64,000 nt of DNA from a virus. Below, piece by piece: positions 59,711 through 64,000 of the stretch (positions are counted from its first letter, which is position 1; the number at the start of each line of letters is the position of its first letter). The stretch is from IMG/VR virus record IMGVR_UViG_3300020724_000005; one strand, written 5' to 3'. The notes under the pieces are model-generated. The model was not told the DNA's origin. It did not search any database and saw nothing but the letters and a program-made list of their open reading frames with translations. A program made the position numbers and the translations under genes.

Positions 59711-61468
59711 TTATCCGAATGTTACGCCTGTAGGCAGTATGTTGAATGTTAAGTAGATGAATTCTGCTGTGCGGGTTGGCTGTAAGTATATAGAACCTAT
59801 AAGCTCGTTTCTGTCTATCACAGCCGGAGTGTTGTTCGTATCGTCCATCACAACTGAGAAGCTGTAAAGACCTTGTCTCTGCTGTACGCTTGCGAGGTAT
59901 GGGTTCACTGCGTTCAGGAACTTGTTTCTTGTCACCTGAGTGTTTGGTTCGAATACCAGGTTGTCTGCGATCTGACCTATGTAAGACTTCAGAGATATCA
60001 ACAGTCTTCTAACGTTGACTCTGTCGAGAGCTGATGATTTCTGCTGCAGCGTCTTCTGACCGTATATCACTGTACCAACTCCTGGGAATATAGATATCGG
60101 ATTGACCTTAGACGCATACAGAGTGTTTCTGTCGTCGATCGAAAGCTTTCTTTCTGGCTGTAGAACTGCGCTCATTCCACCTCTTGTGAAGCCTGCTGGA
60201 GCGAACCACTCTGCGCCGATCTTGTCGTTGTATTCGTACACTGCTGGCACCATCGTAGAAGCTGGAACGAAGTTTGTTCTTCCTGTCTCTACTGATCTTA
60301 TCTGTACCCACGGCCAGTACGTAGCTCCGTATGAGTTATCGAACGACTTAGCGAGTGTAGTTATAGTTCCTATGTTCTGAGCGTATCCACCCATATCTAC
60401 GACTGCGATGTTGTCTCCTCTATTCTGTGCAAGAGTCAAAAGAGCGTTGATCTCAGTAACAGCGTTCTGTGCTGTTATGCCTGGAGCGTATATCGAGTTG
60501 AACTGGTAAGAGTCTTTGTTTCCAAGCAGGTTTATCGCCAGATCGTAGTCTGATGCGTGTAGGCCTTGGATGTTAGTTCCAGGAGTATCGTTTACTGATG
60601 CCACTGTTGGGATTGCTTCGAACATGTTCAGCGCTTCTATTCCAAAAGAGCCGTATAGTCCTCCTGTTGCTCCGCCGAATGCTCCGTTAACAGACCCTGA
60701 TCCTACCAAAGGAAGAGAGCTTGTGTATTGATTTTGTGGCTGGCCGTATGAATTGAAGTAGTTAGGAGTAGGTAGATTCACCGATTTAACTCTAACGTAC
60801 TTGCTTATGTTGATGTAAGATCCAGTAACTTGCAAGTAGTAGTTTCCTGTGGTAGGATCTGCTATAGCATTTTGAACTTGGTCTCCTATCACGTAAGAGA
60901 TGTAGTTGTTCTGGTTCGGATCTAAAGAGAGGTTGTTCCAAGACTCAAGCACAGTTTTGCTGTTCTCGTAGTCGTCTCCTCTGCGGATCACCAAGCTGAA
61001 CAGTCCTGAGCCTGAATCAGAGCTCACTATCTCCCATCTTACGTTTGCTGAAGATCCTGAAGGAAGAGCTCCGTTAACTGCAGTACCGCCTGTGTTGTTC
61101 ATCACTGTACCTGCAGACAGAGTCTCAAGAACGAATGCTGTGACGCTGCCAGAAGCCGCTAAGCTAGCAGTCGCTGGAGTATAAGATCCAGATACTACCC
61201 TAGTGACAAGCAAAGAAGTACCGCCTTGCTGGAAGTATCCGTTTGCCGCCATGCTCGTAAGGTATTCATAAGAAGTACCTCCAGAGACAAAAGCTGCCCC
61301 AAAGACTGCCTTGTATTGTGAGTAAGAAGTTACTACCGTTGGGATGTTAACTGGTCCTAGAACTGTAGGTCCTATTAATGCTGCACCAGCTATGATCGGT
61401 CCTTGTGTTATCTGACTCTGGTCGTTCTCTATCGAAAATACGCCAGGGCTTATGAGTGTTTCAGCCAT
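59711..61468 (-). CDS. tail sheath protein
   Basis: 585 aa. The N-terminal ISPGVFSIENDQS is typical of sheath proteins. Lies directly upstream of the tube gene. Confidence 0.9.
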   Translation of the reverse strand: MAETLISPGVFSIENDQSQITQGPIIAGAALIGPTVLGPVNIPTVVTSYSQYKAVFGAAFVSGGTSYEYLTSMAANGYFQQGGTSLLVTRVVSGSYTPATASLAASGSVTAFVLETLSAGTVMNNTGGTAVNGALPSGSSANVRWEIVSSDSGSGLFSLVIRRGDDYENSKTVLESWNNLSLDPNQNNYISYVIGDQVQNAIADPTTGNYYLQVTGSYINISKYVRVKSVNLPTPNYFNSYGQPQNQYTSSLPLVGSGSVNGAFGGATGGLYGSFGIEALNMFEAIPTVASVNDTPGTNIQGLHASDYDLAINLLGNKDSYQFNSIYAPGITAQNAVTEINALLTLAQNRGDNIAVVDMGGYAQNIGTITTLAKSFDNSYGATYWPWVQIRSVETGRTNFVPASTMVPAVYEYNDKIGAEWFAPAGFTRGGMSAVLQPERKLSIDDRNTLYASKVNPISIFPGVGTVIYGQKTLQQKSSALDRVNVRRLLISLKSYIGQIADNLVFEPNTQVTRNKFLNAVNPYLASVQQRQGLYSFSVVMDDTNNTPAVIDRNELIGSIYLQPTRTAEFIYLTFNILPTGVTFG

Positions 61469-61509
61469 TTATGTTATTGTTTTTTCTACTAATAAATATC
61501 GGCCATTTC

Positions 61510-61746
61510 TTACGAAATATCTCCGGTTTCTATATTTATCGTAACGTTTCCGTACTTGGACTTTATCTCTTCAAAGATCGATTCTTCTCTCTGTTTCAAC
61601 GCTGCTATCTCCTTTCTTTGCTCATCTATCTTAAGCTCTATAGATATCTTTTGAAACTCTAATTCGCCTAGTGCTGAAGCTATGTCTAAAGCGTCTTGTC
61701 TTATGAGGTTGATCTTACTGAGTTCGTCTTCTGTCAGTCTTGCCAT
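61510..61746 (-). CDS. hypothetical coiled-coil protein (78 aa)
   Basis: ORF track. Heptad-like charged sequence. TATAAATAT motif upstream. Confidence 0.65.
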   Translation of the reverse strand: MARLTEDELSKINLIRQDALDIASALGELEFQKISIELKIDEQRKEIAALKQREESIFEEIKSKYGNVTINIETGDIS

Positions 61747-61772
61747 AACGTGATTTGATTATAAATATGTGA

Positions 61773-62006
61773 TTATTTAGACGAGATCTTCTTTATGTCT
61801 TCTAACATTTTATTAGAGTTCTCTTGCACTCTATTCACAGTCTCTTTTACTTTAGGATCTTCAGTCATCTTCTTGAAAGCGTCCTCTGCGAACTCCGCGC
61901 CTTCTTTTACTTCTTGGACAAACTCCTCTATCTTGCTGGCTTTTACAAGTAGTATGATCACCAGAGTTATTGCGATAGCTACGAGTGCTGTTATCAGTAT
62001 AGGCAT
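61773..62006 (-). CDS. small membrane-anchored protein (77 aa)
   Basis: N-terminal helix ILITALVAIAITLVIILLV. TATAAATAT motif upstream. Confidence 0.65.
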   Translation of the reverse strand: MPILITALVAIAITLVIILLVKASKIEEFVQEVKEGAEFAEDAFKKMTEDPKVKETVNRVQENSNKMLEDIKKISSK

Positions 62007-62033
62007 AGTTGATGGATTTGTTATAAATATTGT

Positions 62034-64000
62034 TTAATCTACAAAAGCATATGATATTGTTGCAGGAGCTAATAAAGAGTTCCAGTTGGTCGTTCTTGTT
62101 AAAGTAGGTTTATAGTCCCATATAGGTTGTCCTCCTGAGCTATTGATATCGGTTGCTGTCACAAAAGATACGTTTTGGGTAGCTCCTGGCTGTAGATTAA
62201 ATAATGTTGCAGTTGATGGAGTACTTGCTACTAGTGATATATTAGATGCTGCTGTTCCTCTTAAAATTAAACCACTATTTACAGTATATGTTTTATTAGA
62301 AACTAGAGAATGGGTTGCTCCTGCTGTTGTAGATATTAGATTATATGTACTAAAAGCCGCTGATCCTGTAATGTTAGTAGAAGTATTTAGAGACATTGTA
62401 CCATAACATGTTAAACTTGAAGTATTAATTGTAAATACTGAAGTAGAACCAGTTGTTGTAATACTATATAAACTTAATGAAGAAGAGTTAGCCAATGTTA
62501 AACTACCAGAAACTACTAAATTACTTGTACCATATGAGATACTACCCGTTGTATAAGTTAGTGTTCCTGTTTTAGCTATCGATCCTGATAGTGTTAATGA
62601 ACCTGTAGTATTGATTGTTAAAGCACTAGTTATATTACCTGTTCCACTCCATGTACCTGTACCGGTTAAAGACAATGGAGTAGTTCCTGCAAGAACAGCG
62701 CCTACTGTAAGATTACCTGATATAGTAGATGCAAAGTTACCATTTATGGTTAAGTTCTGAGTAGCTACCGTAAGATTAGTGAAATTGATAGCACTTGGTA
62801 TAGTTAACGTAGTTGCTGTACCTGCTCCAGTATTAGTGATAGTACCAGTGGGATTAAAGAACGTAGACCCACCAAAAGTTGTATTACCTCCTATAGCGAG
62901 GGTTAAAGTACCTGAAATATTTAAGTTTGAAGATAGAGTAAAAGTACCAGCAACAGAAATAGTTAGATTATTTAAAGTTACTGAATTGGTCAGGTTGATG
63001 GTAGATCCCCCAGAAATTATATTTACAGTAGATCCTGTGGTAACTACAGTACCAGCTGTATATGTCAAAGTTCCCGCACCCCAATAAACTGTACCAGAAA
63101 TAGTTAGTGTGCCTGACGTGTTAATGGTTGTATTCAAAAGCACCGCCCCGGTCGTAGTGTGACTCCATGTACCAGTACCGGTAAATATCAAACCAACACC
63201 ATTTGACGAATAAAGTCCAACTGTACTGTTTATAGTTAAATTTCTACCCACATTTATATTAAAACCCGCCCCATTAACAGTGGTGTAATTTGATCCGTTG
63301 GAAGTTAAATCGGTTACATTTATTGTATTAGGTATTGTCAAGATGCCTGATCCTAACACCATGTTTCCAATAGGCTTAAAATTCCCAGCGCCGTTTACCG
63401 AACAGTTATTTCCACCTTGCATAACGGTAAACGTTCCTGCGATCGTAAAAGTAGAAGAACATGTTATAGTTAAAGCACCTGCTCCTGTTTGAGAAGTAAC
63501 ATTATTCCAACTGACGGCACTGGTTGTATTCATTGTACAACTAGAATATAATTTTAAAGTTGATCCTGTTGTAATAACTGTACCAGCAGTATAAATCAAA
63601 GAAGGAGCATAACCAACTGTTCCAAATCCTACAGTACCAGATATAGTTATTGTTCCTGAAGTATTAATAGTAATATTTCCTCCGGCAAAGCCAAAATCAC
63701 CAGTCCAAGTACCGGTTCCTATTAAATTCATATTTGCTGCTAAAAAAACCACCCCTCCTATATTAAGATCACCGGTTAGATTTAAAGTACCAGTTCCACC
63801 TGTAGTTAAACTAGTAGTAGTAATAAGACTTTTTATAGTTGTATTTGCACTTAAATTGACTCCTACTCCAGCAACATTGAATGTCCAATCACCCCAACTC
63901 ATAGAAGCATTTGTAGTATTAATCGTTGATGAGGTGCCTACAAAATTTAATATAGAACCAGTTGTAACTATTGTCCCCGCAGTATAAGTTAAAGTTCTTG
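62034..64000 (-). CDS. Thr/Gly/Ser/Asn-rich repeat protein, probable tail fibre or adhesin (5-prime end outside the window)
   Basis: The frame stays open from 63902 to 64000 (..LTYTAGTIVTTGSILNF..). Recurring blocks are GTGTWS, TINTSGTLTISGT and LTYTAGTVVTTGST. Confidence 0.8.
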   Translation of the reverse strand, partial: RTLTYTAGTIVTTGSILNFVGTSSTINTTNASMSWGDWTFNVAGVGVNLSANTTIKSLITTTSLTTGGTGTLNLTGDLNIGGVVFLAANMNLIGTGTWTGDFGFAGGNITINTSGTITISGTVGFGTVGYAPSLIYTAGTVITTGSTLKLYSSCTMNTTSAVSWNNVTSQTGAGALTITCSSTFTIAGTFTVMQGGNNCSVNGAGNFKPIGNMVLGSGILTIPNTINVTDLTSNGSNYTTVNGAGFNINVGRNLTINSTVGLYSSNGVGLIFTGTGTWSHTTTGAVLLNTTINTSGTLTISGTVYWGAGTLTYTAGTVVTTGSTVNIISGGSTINLTNSVTLNNLTISVAGTFTLSSNLNISGTLTLAIGGNTTFGGSTFFNPTGTITNTGAGTATTLTIPSAINFTNLTVATQNLTINGNFASTISGNLTVGAVLAGTTPLSLTGTGTWSGTGNITSALTINTTGSLTLSGSIAKTGTLTYTTGSISYGTSNLVVSGSLTLANSSSLSLYSITTTGSTSVFTINTSSLTCYGTMSLNTSTNITGSAAFSTYNLISTTAGATHSLVSNKTYTVNSGLILRGTAASNISLVASTPSTATLFNLQPGATQNVSFVTATDINSSGGQPIWDYKPTLTRTTNWNSLLAPATISYAFVD

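Noticed and set aside
59941-59957. tRNA-like T-loop sequence GGTTCGAATACC
   Set aside because: It lies inside the sheath coding region. The flanking bases cannot form a T-stem or an acceptor stem. No other tRNA-like cloverleaf was seen in any gap.

Overview
This window reads as one arm of a large tailed dsDNA phage genome with a contractile tail. Every credible gene is on the minus strand, so transcription runs from high to low coordinates. In that order the window holds: a partial repeat-rich fibre gene; a tail module of sheath, tube, tape measure and baseplate lysin (64.0-47.8 kb); a replication-recombination module (divergent second PolA-like protein, gp32-like SSB, RecA-like ATPase, FEN, DnaB-like helicase, class II RNR, PolA; 47.7-31.8 kb); a GroES/GroEL pair; nucleotide-metabolism genes (dUTPase, dCMP deaminase, ThyA-family enzyme, thioredoxin); a Cas4-like nuclease; an AT-rich glycosyltransferase/methyltransferase island (18.0-6.9 kb); a ClpP-family protease; small unknown ORFs; and three arrays of a 12-bp tandem repeat at the window start. 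Thirteen free-standing homing-endonuclease (HE) genes (GIY-YIG, HNH, Vsr-like) are interspersed. I found no rRNA, tRNA or CRISPR array by eye. The most notable observations are: (1) a six-copy structured leader in front of HE genes, with a covarying loop-loop (kissing) pairing; (2) an RNR gene fractured by a split intein plus a free-standing endonuclease gene; (3) a glycosyltransferase gene split by an HNH gene; (4) a second, divergent family-A polymerase-like gene; (5) a truncated ThyA-family enzyme with Asp at the pyrimidine-specificity position; (6) codon-phased 12-bp repeat arrays. Most start codons lack a Shine-Dalgarno sequence. All plus-strand ORFs in the track look like shadow ORFs. 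CDS coordinates follow the ORF track. Coordinates of non-ORF features were hand counted and may be off by 1-2 nt.
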